Program-made: the position numbers and the translations under genes
Notes under the pieces: model-generated
Told to the model about the DNA's origin: nothing
The model's input: only the letters and a program-made list of their open reading frames with translations
Databases searched by the model: none
Part shown: positions 49,770 to 63,535 of the stretch, piece by piece
How the letters are laid out: every line of letters starts with the position of its first letter
Position numbering within the stretch: the stretch's first letter is position 1
Assembly: GCF_020745735.1 (NCBI RefSeq)
Contig: NC_083442.1
Coordinates: 8,682,576 to 8,746,575 of the forward strand
Length of the DNA stretch: 64,000 nucleotides
Direction: 5' to 3'
DNA from: Hemiscyllium ocellatum
Lineage: Eukaryota

Positions 49770-51165
49770 GTAAAAACAATGACTGCAGATGCTGGAAACC
49801 AGATTCTGGATTAATGGTGCTGGAAAAGCAGAGCAGTTTAGGCAGCATCCGAGGAGCAGTAAAATTGACGTTTCGGGCAAAAGCCCTTCATCAGGAATAC
49901 TGGCAGAGTGCCTGAAAGGTGGAAAGATAAATGAGAGGAGGGTGGGGGTGGGGAGAAAGTAGCATAGCGTACAGTAGGTGAGTGGGGGAAGGGAAGAAGG
50001 TGATAGGTCAGGGAGGAAGGTGGGGGAAGGTAGCAAAGAGTACAATGTGTGGATAGGGGTGGGATGAAGGTGATAGGTCAGGGAGGAAGGTAGAGTGGAT
50101 AGGTGGTAAAGAAAATAGGCAGGTAGGACAAGTCATGGGGACAGTGCTGAGCTGGAAGTTTGGAACTGGGGTGAGGTGGGGGAAGGGGAAATGAGGAAAC
50201 TGTTGAAGTCCAAATTGATGCCCTGGGGTTGAAGTGTTCCGAGGCTGAAGATGAGGCATTCTTCCTCCAGGTGTTGGGTGGTGAGGGAGCGGCGGTGAAG
50301 GAGGCCCAGGACCTCCATGTCCTCAGCAGAGTGGGAGGAGGTGTTGAAATGTTGGGCCACAAGGGCGGTGTGGTTGATTGGTGTCGGTGTCCCAGAGATG
50401 TTCCCTAAAGCACTCTGCTAGGAGGCGTTCAGTCTCCCCAATGTAGAGGAGACTGCATCGGGAGCAATGGATACAATAAATGATATTGGTGGCTTTGCAG
50501 GTAAAACTTTGATGGATGTGGAAGGCTCCTTAGGGCCTTGGATGGAGGTGAGGGAGGAGGTGTGGGCGGAGGTTTTGCAATTCCTGCGGTGGCAGGGGAA
50601 GGTGCCAGGAAGGGAGTGTGGATTGTTGTGGGGTGTGGACCTGACCAGGTAGTCACGGAGGGAACGGTCTTTGTGGAAGGCGGAAAGGGGTGGGGAGAGA
50701 AATATATCCCTGGTGGTGGGGTCCGTTTGGAGGTGGCGAAAATGTTGACGGATGATTTGATTTATGCGAAGGTTGGTAGGGTGGAAGGTGAGCACCAGGG
50801 GCGTTCTACCCTTGTTACGGTTGGAGGGTTGGGGTCTGAGGGCGGAGATGTGGGACGTGGACGAGATGCATTGGAAGGCATCTTTAACCATGTGGGAAGG
50901 GAAATTGCGGTCTCTGAAGAAGGAGGCCATCTGGTGTGTTCTGTGGTTGAACTGGTCCTCCTGGAGTAGATACGGCATAGGAATTGGGAATACAGGATGG
51001 CATTTTTGCAGGAGGTAGGGTGGGAAGAGGCGTAATCTAGGTAGCTGTGGGAGTCAGTGGGTTTGTAAAAAATGTCGGTGTCAAGTCAGTCGTCATTAAT
51101 GGAGATGGAGTGGTCCAGGAAGGAGAGGGAGGTGTCAGAGATGGTCCAAGTAAATTTAAGGTCAG
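49770..51165 (-). mobile_element. Penelope-like element 3' half with GIY-YIG region and hammerhead-bearing terminus
   Basis: ORF 50418-50978 RTPLVLTFHP...QTDPTTRDIF...FPCHRRNCKT; core CTGATGA-A-GGGC(tttt)GCCC-GAAA-CGTC on the minus strand at 49865-49898. Confidence 0.85.
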
Positions 51166-51199
51166 GGTGCAAGTTCTGGAATACTGTTCTGATCTCCCT

Positions 51200-53480
51200 G
51201 TTATAGGAAGGATATTGTTAAACTGGAGAGTGTTCAGAAAATATTTACAAGGATGTTGCCAGGACTGGAGGGTTTGAGTTATATGGAAAGGAGCTTGGAG
51301 GTTGAGGGGTGACCTTACAGAGGTTTATAAAATCATAAGGGGCATATATAAGGTGAATTCAGATGTCTTTTCCCTGGGGTGATGGACTTCAAGACTAGGG
51401 GGCACATTTTTAAAGTGAGGGGAGAAAGCTTTAAAGGGGACATAAGGGCCATCTTTTTTTACACAGAGAGTGCTCCGTGTGTGGAATGACCTTCCAGAGG
51501 AATTAATGAATGAGGGTACAATTCCAATGTTTAAAAGATATTTGGATAAACAGAAAACGATTGGAGGGATATGGGCCAGGAGTAAGTGGTGGGACCAGTT
51601 TTGTTTGGGATTATGGTTAGCATGGACTTGTGGGACCAAAGGGTTTGTTTCCATGCTGTGTGACTTAATGATTCACATTCCCCTTAAGCCTCCTGCCGCT
51701 TACCTTAAATATCTGCACTGCCTTCCAGTCTTTACAACATATGTCTTAATTGATCCCTCCATCAAGGGGAAAACTTCCTTACTGTCTACCCAATCAACAC
51801 CTCTCATTATTTTATACATCTCAATGATGTCATAGAGTTATAGACGTGTACAGCACAGAAATAGATCCTTCGGCCCAACTCGTCCATGCCAACCAGATAT
51901 CCTAAATTAATCTAGTCTCATTTACCATTACTCGGCCCATTTCCCTCTAATCCCTTCCTATTCATATACCAAGTTAAGAAACACCAGGTTATAGACCAAC
52001 AGGTTTATTTGGAACTGCTAGTTTTCGGAGCGATGCTCTTTTATTCGGTGGTTGTGGAGTGTTCATCTACTCATCCAGATGCCTTATATGTGTTACAAGC
52101 CTCGTATTAGCCTCCACTTCCTCTTGAATACATGCATCACCCTTTGCTTGAAAATACCTCACCCTAGGTCCCTTGTAAGTCTTTGTTCTCTCACCCTAAG
52201 CCTATGCCCTTTATGTTCTGGATTCCCCCATCCCAGGAAGAAGACGTTGTCTATTTACCCTATCCATGCCCCCATGATTTTGTCAACCTCTATAAGGTCA
52301 CTCCTCAGCCTCTGACGCTCCAGGGAAAACAGCTCGAACCTATTCAGCCAGTTCCTATAGTTCAAACCCTCCAACCCTGGTAAAAGCCTTGAAAATCTTC
52401 TCTGAACCCTTTCAAATTTCCATAGGAATCAGAGCAGGACTGCACACAATACTCCAAAGGTGGCCTAACCAATGTCCTGTACAGCCATAACATGACCTCC
52501 ACACTCCTTTACTCAATGCTCTGACCAATAGGGAAAGCAAACCTAACACCAATCTACCTGCAACTCCCCTCACGATCTCTTTGGTCTAAGGAAAATGACC
52601 AATCTTTCCAAGCTCTCTTCATAACTAAAACTCTCCAGTTCAGGCAACATCCTTGCAAGTCTCTTCTCCACCCTCTTGAGTGCTAACATATCCCTCTATA
52701 ATGTGGATTCCAGAAATGCAGACAACAAGCTAGCTGTCCCCTAGCCAATATTTTAGACGGTTCCAACATAACCTCCCAGCTCAAACGCTGTGTTCAACAA
52801 GAAAAGGCAAGTTTATCAACTGTCCCGGTGCTTAAGTGACTGGTGGACAGGCACATCAAGGTCTCTCTGATCTTCAGTGCTTCCCAGGGCCCTATCGTTC
52901 ATCATGCATTCCCTTGCCATGTTTATCCTCTTGTGATCTAAGCCTATCTTCCTCACTATTTGCCATCACACTTGTTTTCATATCATCCATGAACACACTG
53001 ATCAATCCTCCTACTTTCAAGTGAAAATTATTTCTATAAGCCCAGAAACAGCAAGGACCCAATACTGCTCCCTGCAGGATCCCACTGGGCACAAGCTTCC
53101 AGTTACAGAAGCACATTTCAACCCCTATCACCCTCTGCTTCCGAGCACTTAGCCCATTGTGGATCCAATTTGCCAAATTGCCTTGAAACCCATGGGCTCT
53201 TGTTTTTGCCATCAGTCTCCCATGGATCTTATCAATAGCTCCATTGAAGTCCAAGTAGACTACACCATCTGGTCATCTCTTTGAAAAATTCAATCAAATT
53301 GGTCGGACATTACCTTCCCTTAATAAAACCGTACCTACTGTTCTTGATTAATCCCTGCCTGCTCCAAGGGCAGATTAATTCTGTCTTTAAGTATTGGTTT
53401 CGTTAGTTTCCCCACTGTTAGACTGATTGGCCTGTAGTTTCCTGGCTTCTCCTTCCTCCCTTCTTGAAGAACTTGTCACG
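51200..53480. mobile_element. CR1 remnants (plus 51200-51660; minus 51830-53480) with a nested Penelope-type short insert at 51972-52062
   Basis: CR1 tails and the GILQGAVLGP...FMDD RT motif. Confidence 0.75.
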
Positions 53481-54074
53481 TTGGCTGTTTTTAAGTTATG
53501 CAAAAGTGAGGACTGCAGATGCTGGAGGTCAGATTCTAGATTAGAGTGGTGCTGGAAAAGCACAGCAGGTCGGGCAGCATCCAAGGAGCAGGAAAATCAA
53601 TGTTTCGGCAAAAGTCCTTCATCAGGAATGAATTTTTAAATTATGTTTGCAGCCAAGTGTTAGGCCTCTTGCACAGCTTGGGGAAGGTAGAAAAGGACAG
53701 AGGTAGCATCTTTACCTCTGAGCTAGGAGATCCAGGTTCAGGTCCTACCTGGTCCAGAGGAATTTCGTACCATCACTGAACAGGTTAGTTGAGATACTAT
53801 CTTCAAGGTGTGTTTGATCTACCTGGAATTGTTTTCTTCTCTCCTGAAATGACTTAGTTAATCCTGAATAGAAATTCCAACAATATCTCTGCACCTGAAT
53901 GGCACTATATATTCTCAATCTAATGTCACTTGTTTCTTTCATCGCAACCTCTCTCTCTCGAGAGAGAGAGAGAGCTTCCCAGTAGTCACTTTACCCCACA
54001 TAAGGGAGTTTTGCAGCTTTTAAAAACTTACACTTTTGTGTCTTTACCAGTTTTTGAAATCAAGGCCCAACCAA

Positions 54075-54480
54075 CCTGAAACAGTAGCAGGAATTTATCT
54101 TCTTGGGTAACGCAATATGACCTTGCACACACTGATGTACAGGCATGGTTGAGGTTTTGATGGAGAGATGATTTCTCCCAGGACTGAACCCTGATCTCCA
54201 ATGATGACTGCTCCAGGGAGACAGACAGCACCTGCAAATAACTTGTTGGATCTTCCTGTGCAACACCTCTTGCATCGACAGTATTGGGCTGTTTGGGTGC
54301 CTGCTTTTCTGAAGCTTCTCCAAGCAACAAGTGACCATAGATTGACAACAGTTTTCCCCCAATCCACATGGTGGACACATGGTGATGTAATTTCTCACTG
54401 TTTAAAAAGATCAGAATCTTCTAAAATGGGGTATGGCCTCCATCTTACGACACCAGCGTCCCTTGGAGGCCTACGGAAAT
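54075..54480 (-). mobile_element. Tx1/L1-clade LINE ORF2 C-terminal remnant
   Basis: Minus strand CPPCGLGE..C..MVTC zinc-knuckle-like segment with degenerate downstream motifs. Confidence 0.5.
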
Positions 54481-57400
54481 GATCAGGGAAGTGTACCTGT
54501 ACCTTTCTACCTTCCCAGAGCCACCCCTAAGATTGGGCCCAGGGCCCAGTATATTATTTGAGTCTCTGGATTGATCATAGGCTGAATGGCCTGCTTCCAC
54601 ATTCTATCAGGTTCACACTGACCCTCGGAAGAGCATCCCAACAACCCAACCCCCACCACCCCCGACTCTACCCGGAGGCAGACACGGGGAGAATGTGCAA
54701 ACTCCACACAGACAGTCGCCCGAGGTTGGGATCAAACCCGGATGGGGTGAGGCAACATTGCTAACCATTGAGCCCCGGTCACAATCCCTCCATCTCCACC
54801 CCATTGATGACCGTTTATTTTTATTCTCAGCGAGTATCTGACTGTCTTGCATTTATTTAAGACAAATTAGGGACAGGGGCAATGCGCCCACAAGTTCATG
54901 ATGCTTAATCCCCCTCTAAAATATTAAATTTTTTAAAAAATACTTTATTAATAAAAACATCTTTATGTACAAACATAGTCACTAAATTTCGTTTCTGGAC
55001 AGTCTTTCTGAAGGAATTTTCCTGCAGAAATCACTGGATTGAAAGGTGAACTCCCTCTGTCCCTTTATCTCTCTCCCTCTCTCCCTTCACAAATACAGCT
55101 GGACATGCTTAGCTTCTTCAGCAATCTCTGTATTGATGTTTCAGGTCTCCAGCGTGTCCGTACAGGTTGATTATTGTGTTGAATTCTCAAGCTTGTTCTG
55201 TTAAAGAGATTGAATTCCTCTGCCTTAAAGAGGTTTGGTTACCACAGCTAACTGGTTTGTCATGCCAACATAGTTGGCTCAATCTCTATCATGTCTGAAA
55301 TTACCATGAAGGTCCCAGCTTCTCAACCTCGCCCCTCACCTGAGGTGTGTAACCCACCAGTCTTCTCTCTCTCTGACAAGACAGCAGCTCTCGGGTCCTC
55401 CTGGTCTACAGTAACTTCCACTTTAAAGGGACATTCCAGTAAGAGAGCTCTCTGCGTGATTCAGGTCAAAATCCTGGGGTTCCCTCCTTAACATCAATGT
55501 GGGACATCCAAGGCCTGCAGCAGAATACAGCTCACCCCCACCACCCCGGCAACTATTACATGGCGGGGTAATTATCTGCAAGTGAAATTTGAAAGTTACT
55601 TTTATTACAAGGTCACAGTGGATGGTCACAAAGACTGTTTCTTTACCCCTGTTTAAATCAGTGTAATGGAGAATGAAAGGATGGGTTGAAAATGACAGTG
55701 ATAGCATTTCGTAGGTTGGTGTTTATTTGAGGTTGCATGAGTCTATGAATGTTTGAGCAAGGGCCATGCAGGTAGCTGCTAGAGGAAGTGGTGGGGGCTG
55801 GGACAATTGCAACATTTAAAAGGCATCTGGATGGGTATATGATTAGGAAGGGTTTAGAGGAATATGGGCCAAGTGCTAGCAAATGGAACTAAATTAGATT
55901 AGAATATCTGGTTGGCATGAATAAGTTGGACCGAAGGGTCTGTTTCCATGCTGTGCATCTCTCTGAATAGACTATTGCAGAGAGTTTCAGACAGAGCTTG
56001 GATTGTGTGTCTCTCATGCCTTCTCAGAACCTGCAAACGCAATGTCTCCACATTTCCACAAAACACTAAGAAATAGAAAAAAGAGGGAGGGTACTGAGGG
56101 AGCGCCGCACTGTTGGAGGCTCAGTACTGAGGGAAACTGCACTGTCGGATTGTCAATACTGAAGGATTGCTGCAGTGTCAGAGGGTCAGTACTGAGGGAA
56201 AGCTGCAATGTTGGAGGGTAAGTCCTGATGGATTGCTGCACTATCAGGGGGTCAAGAATGAGAGAGCGCTGCACTGTTAGAGGGTCAATACTGAGGGAGT
56301 GCTGTATTGTTAGAGGGTCAGTAACGAGGAGGTGCTGCACTGTTAGAGGGTCAATACTGAAGGAGCGCTGCACTGTCAGAGGGTCAATATTGAGAGAGTG
56401 CCACCCCCATCGGAGGGTCAATACTCAGGGAGCATTACACAATCAGACGGCCAGAACTGAGGGATTGACACACTGTCAGAGGGTCAGTACTGAGGAAATG
56501 CTCACTCTCGGAGGGTCAGTTAGGAGGGAGTGCCGCATTGTTGGTCGGTCAGTGCTGAGGGAATGGTGCACTGTCGGAGCAACAGCACTGTGAGAGTTCA
56601 GTACCGAGGGAGTGTCACACTCTCAAAGGTTCAGTCCTCAGGGAATGCCACACTGTCAGAGGGTCTGTACTGAGGGAGCTCTACACTATCAGAGGGTAAG
56701 TAATGGGGGAGCGCTACACTGTCCAAGGGTCAGTGCTGAGGGTGCACTAAACTGTCAAAGAATCAAGACTGAAGGAATGCTACAATGTCAGAGGGTCAGT
56801 AAGGAGGGAGTGATGCACTGTCGGAGCATTAGTATCAATTGAGAGTTAGTACTGAGCGAGTGCCACACTGTCAAAGGGTTAGTACTGAGGGTGCGCTGCA
56901 TTGTCAGAGGGTCAATACTGAGGGTGTGCTGTATTGCCAGAGGGTCAGTACTGAGGGTTTGCCGAACAGCTGGATGAAGACTACTGAGGGAATGCCACAT
57001 TGACGGAGGTTCAGAACTGAGGGAGTATTGCACTATCAGAGGGTCACTATTTAGGGTGTATTGATCTGTGAGAGGGTCAGTCCTGAGGGAGCATCACACT
57101 GTCAGTGGGTAACTACTGAGGGATTGCGGCACTGTCAGTGGTTCAATACCGAGGGAGTGCTGCATTGTCACAAGGTCAGTATTGAGTGAGTGCTGTACTG
57201 TCACAGGGTCAGTCCTCGGGGAGTGTCCCACTGTCAGAGAGTCTGTACTGATGGAGTGCTGCACTGTCAGAGGATCAGTCCTGAGGGCGTGCTACACTGT
57301 CAGAGGGTCAGTACAAAACGAGCACTGCACTGTTGGAGGGTCATTACTGAGGGAGCACAACACTGTCGGAGTGTCAGTACTGAGGGAGTGCTATACTGTC

Positions 57401-60400
57401 AGGGGTCAGTACTGTGGGAGAGCCTCATTGTCAGAGGGTCTGTACTGAGGGAGCTCTGCATTGTCAGAGGAAAGTATTGAGTGAATACCATCTTGTCAGA
57501 GGTTCTGTAGTGAGGAAGTGCTGCATTGTCAGAGGGTCAGTACTGCAGGAGTGCAACACTGTCAAATAGTCAGTACTGAGGGAGTGCTGCACTGTCGTGT
57601 GCAGGAGTGAGGGAGTGCCACACTGTCAGTATATATAGAGTGCTGCACTGTCAGTGGATCAGTACTGTGTTTGTGCTGTACTGTTGGAGGGTCAGTCCTG
57701 TGGGTGCGTCGGAAGGTCAGTATGGAGGGAGTGCCGCACTGTCAGAGTTTCATTACATGTACATAGCTGCACTCTCAGACAGTCACTACAGATGGAGTAG
57801 TGATCTGTCAGAGGGGCAGCACTGGGCGAGTGTCGCATAGTCAGACAGTCAGTAATGAGGGAGTGCTGCACTGTCAGAGGGTCAGTAATGAGGGAATGCT
57901 GCACTGTTGCTTGGTCAGCACTGAGGGAAAGCCATACTGTCAGAAGGTCAGTACAGTAGGAGTGCTGCATTCTCTGAGGGTCAGTAGTGAGGGAGTGCCA
58001 CACTGTCAGTGTGTCAGCACAGATGGAGTGCTGCACTGTTAGAGGGTCAGTACTGAGGGAGCTCTGCTCTGTCAGAGGGGCCGTGCCGAGGGAGAGTCGC
58101 ACGGTCAGAGGGTCAGTATGCAGTGAGCGCTCCACTGTCGGAAGGTCATTACTGAGGGAGCGCCACTCTGTGGAGAGTGACTACTAAGTTAATGTTGCAT
58201 TGTCGGAGGATCAGTATTGAGGGAAAGCTGCACTATCAGAGGATCAGTACTGGGGGAGCGCAACACTGCCGGAGCATCAGTACTGAGGGAGTGCTGCACT
58301 GTCGTAGCGTCAGTACTGAGGGAGTGCTGCAATGTCAGGGGGTCATACTGTGGGAACACTGTATTGTCAGAGGATCAGTATTGAGGGAATGCCACCCTTT
58401 CAGAGAGTCTGTACTGAGGAAGTGCTGCACTGTCATGGGTGCAGGACTGAGGGATTGCCGCAGTGTCAGAGCGTCAGCGTAGAGGAAGTGCTGCATTGTC
58501 AGAGAGTCAGTACTGAGGGAGTGCTGCAATGTCAGGGGGTCATACTGTGGGAACACTGTATTGTCAGAGGATCAGTATTGAGGGAATGCCACCCTTTCAG
58601 AGAGTCTGTACTGAGGAAGTGCTGCACTGTCATGGGTGCAGGACTGAGGGATTGCCGCAGTGTCAGAGCGTCAGCGTAGAGGAAGTGCTGCATTGTCAGA
58701 GAGTCAGGACTGAGGGAGTGCTGCACAGTCATGGAGTTAATACTGAGCTATTGCCACACTGTCAGAGGGATGGTCAGTACTGAGGGAATGCTGCATTGCC
58801 AGAGGGTCAGTATTGAGGGAGCGCGACAATGTTAGAGTGTCAGTACTGAAGGAGAGCCACACTGTGAGAGTGTCAGTACTGCGGAATTGCTGCACTGTGA
58901 GGGGGTTAGTACTGAGAGAGTGTCACGCTGTGAGAGGGTCATTATTGAAGGAGCGCCACACTGTGTGAGCGTCAGTACTGACTCTCTGACAGTGCAGCAC
59001 TCCCTCAGTACTGTCTTTCCAAAAGTGTGGCACTCCCTCAGCACTGAGTGTATGGTGATCTGTCTGAGTGTCAGTACTGAGAGAGTGCTGCACTGTCAGA
59101 GGGTCAGTACCACACTGTCACTGACTTTCCAAAATCCGGCACTCCCTCCGTACTGATCCTCCGACAGATTGCCATACACTCAGTGCCATGGGAGTGCCAC
59201 ACGTTTAGAAAGACAGTACTGAGGGAGTGCTGCACTGTCAGAGGGTCAGTACTGAGAGAGTGCTACATTGTCAGAGGGTCAATACTGAGGGAGTACTGCA
59301 CTGTCAGAGAGTTAGTACTGAGGGAGTTCTGCACTGACAAAGGGTCAGTACTGAGGGCGTGCTGCACTGTTTGTCAGTCAGTGCTGTGGGAATGGTGCAC
59401 CGTTGGAATGACAGCACTGTCAGCATTCAGTACTGAGGGAGTGTCGCACTGTCAAAGGTTCAGTCATGAGGGAATGCCACACTGTCAGAGGGTCTGTATT
59501 GAGGGAGCGCTGGACTGTTGGAGGGTCAGTACTGAGGGAGTGCTGCATTGTCGAAGGGTCAGTACTGATGGAGCACTCCACTGTCAGAGGGTCAGTACTG
59601 AGGGAGCGCTATACTGTCAGAGAGTCAGTATGGAGCGAGTGCTGCACTGTCAGAGGGTCAGTCAGTACTGAGGAGGGAGTGCTGCATTGTCAGAGGGTCA
59701 ATACTGAAGGAGCACGACACTGTCAGAGGTTCACTACTGAGGGAACGCTGCACTGTCAATGGGTCAGTATGAGGGAGTGCTGTGCTGTCAGAGGGTCAGT
59801 ACTGACAGAGTGCTGCATTGTCAGAGGGTCAGTGCTGAGCGAGTGTTGCACTGCCAGATGGTCAGTACTGAGGGAGTGTTTCATTGTCAGAGGATCAGTA
59901 CTGAGGGAGTGCTACACTGTCAGCAAGTCAGTACTGAGGGAGTGTTTCATTGTCCAGAGGGTCAGTTCTAAGGGAGTGCTGAACTGGCAGTACTGAAGGT
60001 TTGCTGCACTGCCGGAGGGAGAGAATGCCGCTGTGTGGGAGATTCAGAACTGAGACAATACGGCATTATTGGAAGGTCAGTCGTGAGGCAGCTCTGCACA
60101 GTCAGAGGGTCTTTCCTGAGTGAGTGATGACCTGTCATCGAGTCAGTAATGAGACAGTGCTACAATATCAGAGGGTCAGCACTGAGGGAGGTTCAGACAG
60201 TCAGAGCGTTTTTTCTGAGTGAGTTCTGCAGTGTCAGCGGATCAGTACTGAGGATGTGCTGCTGTGTCAGATTGTCAGTACTGAGGGAGTGCCGCGCTGT
60301 CAGAGGGTCAGTGCTGATGGAGCACTCCACTGTCACGGGGTCTGTACTGAGGGAGCGCTATACTGTCAGAGAGTCATTAAGGAGCGAGTGCTGCACTGTC

Positions 60401-60609
60401 TGAGGGTCAGTCAGTACTGAGGGAGTGCTGCATTGTCAGAGGGTCAATACTGAATGAGCACGACACTGTCAGAGGTTCACTACTGAGGGAGCGTTGCACT
60501 GTCAATGGGTCAGTATGAGGGAGTGCTGCATTGTCAGAGGGTCAGTACTGAGGGAGCACAACACTGTTAGAGGATCATAACTGAGACAGCGCTACAGTGT
60601 GAATGGGTT

Positions 60610-60917
60610 TGATTAGATTAGATTACTTACAGTGTGGAAACAGGCCCTTCGGCCCAACCAGTCCACACCGACCCGCCGAAGCGCAACCCACCCATTCCCC
60701 TACATTTACCTCTTATCTAACACTATGGGCAATTTAGTATGGCCAATTCACCTGACCTGCACATCTTTGGACTGTGGGAGGAAACCGGAGTACCCGGAGG
60801 AAACCCACGCAGACACGGGGAAAATGTGCAAACTCCACACAGTCAGTCGCCTGAGTCGGGAATTGAACCCGGGTCTCTGGTGCTGTGAGGCAGCAGTGCT
60901 AACCACTGTGCCACCGT
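60610..60917 (-). mobile_element. HE1/V-SINE inserted in the satellite
   Basis: Near-consensus reverse-complement copy with a gattagattagatta tail. Confidence 0.9.
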
Positions 60918-63269
60918 GGTATGGAGGAAGTGCTGCACTGTCAATGGATCAGTGCTGAGGGCGCGCTGCACTGTCAGATGGTCAGTACTGAGGGAGTGCT
61001 TCACTGTCAGAGGTTCAGTACCGAGAGAGTACTGCGCTGTCTGAGAGTTAGTATTGAGTGAGGGCCGCATTGTCAGAGGGTCAGTACTGAAGGAGTGCTG
61101 CACTGTCGGAGGTTAAGCACTGAGGGAACGCTACACTGTCAGTGCGTCAGTACTGAGGGAATGCTGCACTGTCAGAGGGTCTGTAATGGGGGAGCGATAC
61201 ACTGTCAGAGGGACAGTACTGAAGTAGTGCTGCGCTGTTCGTCAGTCAGTGCTAAGGGAATGACGCAGTGTCGGAGGTTCAGTACTAAGGGAATGCTGAA
61301 CTGTCAGAGGGTCAGAAATGAGTGAGTGCTGTATTGTCAAAGGATCAGTACTGAGGGAGTGCCACATTGTCAGATGGTCAGAACTGAGGGAGTGCACACT
61401 GACAGAGGCCAGTGCAGAGGGAGTGCTGCACTTTTAGACTGTCATAGAGCAGGAGTGCCGCACTGTCAGAGGGTCAGGACAGAGGGAGTGCAACACTCTC
61501 AGACAACCAGTACAGAGGGGATGCTGCACTGTCGGAAGGTCAGTACTGAGGGTATGCCACACTGTCGGAGGGTCAGTACTGAGAGAGTGCCACACTGTCA
61601 TCAGGTTTGTACTGAGGGATTGCTGCATTGTCAGAGGATCAGTACTGAAGGAGCGATACACTGTCAAAGGGGCAGTACAGAGGGAGTGCTGAACTGTCAG
61701 ATGGTCAGTACTGAGGGAGTGCTATACTGTCAGAGGTTCAGTACCGAGAGAGTACTGCACAGTCTGAGAATTAGTACTGAGCGAGGGCCGCATTGTCAGA
61801 GGGTCAGTACTGAAGGAGTGCTGCACTGTTTGTCAGTCAGTGCAAAGGGAATGACAGTGTCGGAGGTTCAGTACTGAGGGAGCGCTACACTGTCAATACG
61901 TCAGTACTGAGGGAGTGCTGCACTCAGATGGTCAATACTGAGGGAGTGTTGCACTGGCAGAGGGTCAGTACTGACGGAGTGCTGCACTGTCAGAGAGTTA
62001 GTACTGAGCAAGTGCTGCACTGACAAACAGTCAGTACTGAGGGAGTGCTGCACTGTTTGTCAGTCAATGCTGTGGGAATGACACACCGTCGAAGTGACAG
62101 CACTGTCAGAGGTCAGTACCGAGGGAGTGTCGCACTGTCAAAGGTTCAGTCATGACGGAATGCCACACTGTCAGAGGGTCTGTATTGAGGGAGCGCTGGA
62201 CTGTTGGAGGGTCAGTACTGAGGGAGTGCTACACTGTCAGAGGGTCAGTACTGATGGAGTGTTGCACTGTCAGAGTGTCTTTACTGAGTGAGTGCTGAAC
62301 TGTCATCGAGTCAGTATTGAGACAGTGCTGCAATGTCAGAGGGTCAGTACTGAGGGAGGTTCGCACAGTCAGAGCGTTTTTTTTCTGAGTGAGTTCTGCA
62401 GTGTCAGAGTGTCAGTACTAAGGGAGTGTCGTGCTGTCAGAGGGTCAGTTCTGATGGAGCATTCCACTGTCAGAGGGTCTGTACTGAGGGAGTGCTGCGC
62501 TGTCAATGGGTTAGTATGAGGGAGTGCTGTGCTGTCAGACGATCAGTACTGAGGGAGTGCTGCATTGTCAGAGGGTCAGTATTGAGAGCGCTACACTGTC
62601 AATGGGTCAGTATGGAGGAAGTACTGCACTGTCAATGGATCACTGCTGAGGGCGTGCTGCACTATCAGAGGGTCAGCAATGATTGAGTGCTCTATTGTCA
62701 AAAGGTCAGTACTGAGGGAGTGCCGCAATGTCAGAGGATCAGTACTGAGAGAGTGCCACACTGTCAGAGGGTCAGTACAGAGGGAGTGCCACACTGTCGG
62801 AGGATCAGTAGTGAAACATTGCCACACTGTCAGAGGGTTAATAATCAGAGAGCACCACATGATCAGTTGATCAGTACTGAGGGATCGCTGTGCTGTTGGA
62901 AGGTCAATACTGAGGGAGTGCTGCGCTGTCAGAGGGTCTGTACTGAGGAAGCGCTAGCACTGTCAGAGAGTCAGTACAAACGGAGTACTGCACTGTCAGA
63001 GAGCTCGTACTGATCAAGTGCTACACTGTCAGAGGGTCTGTACTGAGGTAGTGCTGCACCATCAGAGAATGAGTACTGAGAGAGCTCCACACTGTCATCA
63101 GGTCTGTACTGAGGGAGTGCTGCATTGTCAGAGGATCAGTACTGAGGGAGCGACTCACTGTCAAAGGGCCAGTCCAGAGAGAGTGCTGAACTGTCAGATG
63201 GTCAGTACTGAGGGAGTGCTATACTGTCAGAGGTTCAGTACCGAGAGAGTACTGCACTGTCTGAGAGTT

Positions 63270-63535
63270 TTAGATTAGATTACTTGTCGGCCCAACATGT
63301 CCACATACCCCTACATTTACCCCTTACCTAACACTACATGCAATTTAGCATGGCCAATTCACCTGACCCGCTCATCTTTGGACTGTGGGAGGAAACCGGA
63401 GCACCTGGAGGAAACCCACGCAGACACGGGGAGAACGTGCAAACACCACACAGTCTTTCGCCTGAGTCAGGAATTGAACCCGGGTCTCAGGCGCTGTGAG
63501 GCAGCAGTGCTAACCACCGTGCCACCGTGCCGCCC
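63270..63535 (-). mobile_element. HE1/V-SINE inserted in the satellite
   Basis: Ends ccgtgccgccc; agtt on both flanks; an empty-site paralog lies at ~61765. Confidence 0.9.

Noticed and set aside
53949-53974. (CT)n(GA)n perfect palindrome
   Set aside because: Simple-sequence juxtaposition with no supporting context.
12200-56000. Additional V, D or J segments, or a second cluster upstream
   Set aside because: No Ig-domain ORF or heptamer-spacer-nonamer combination was found by eye; a computational RSS scan could still reveal decayed relics.
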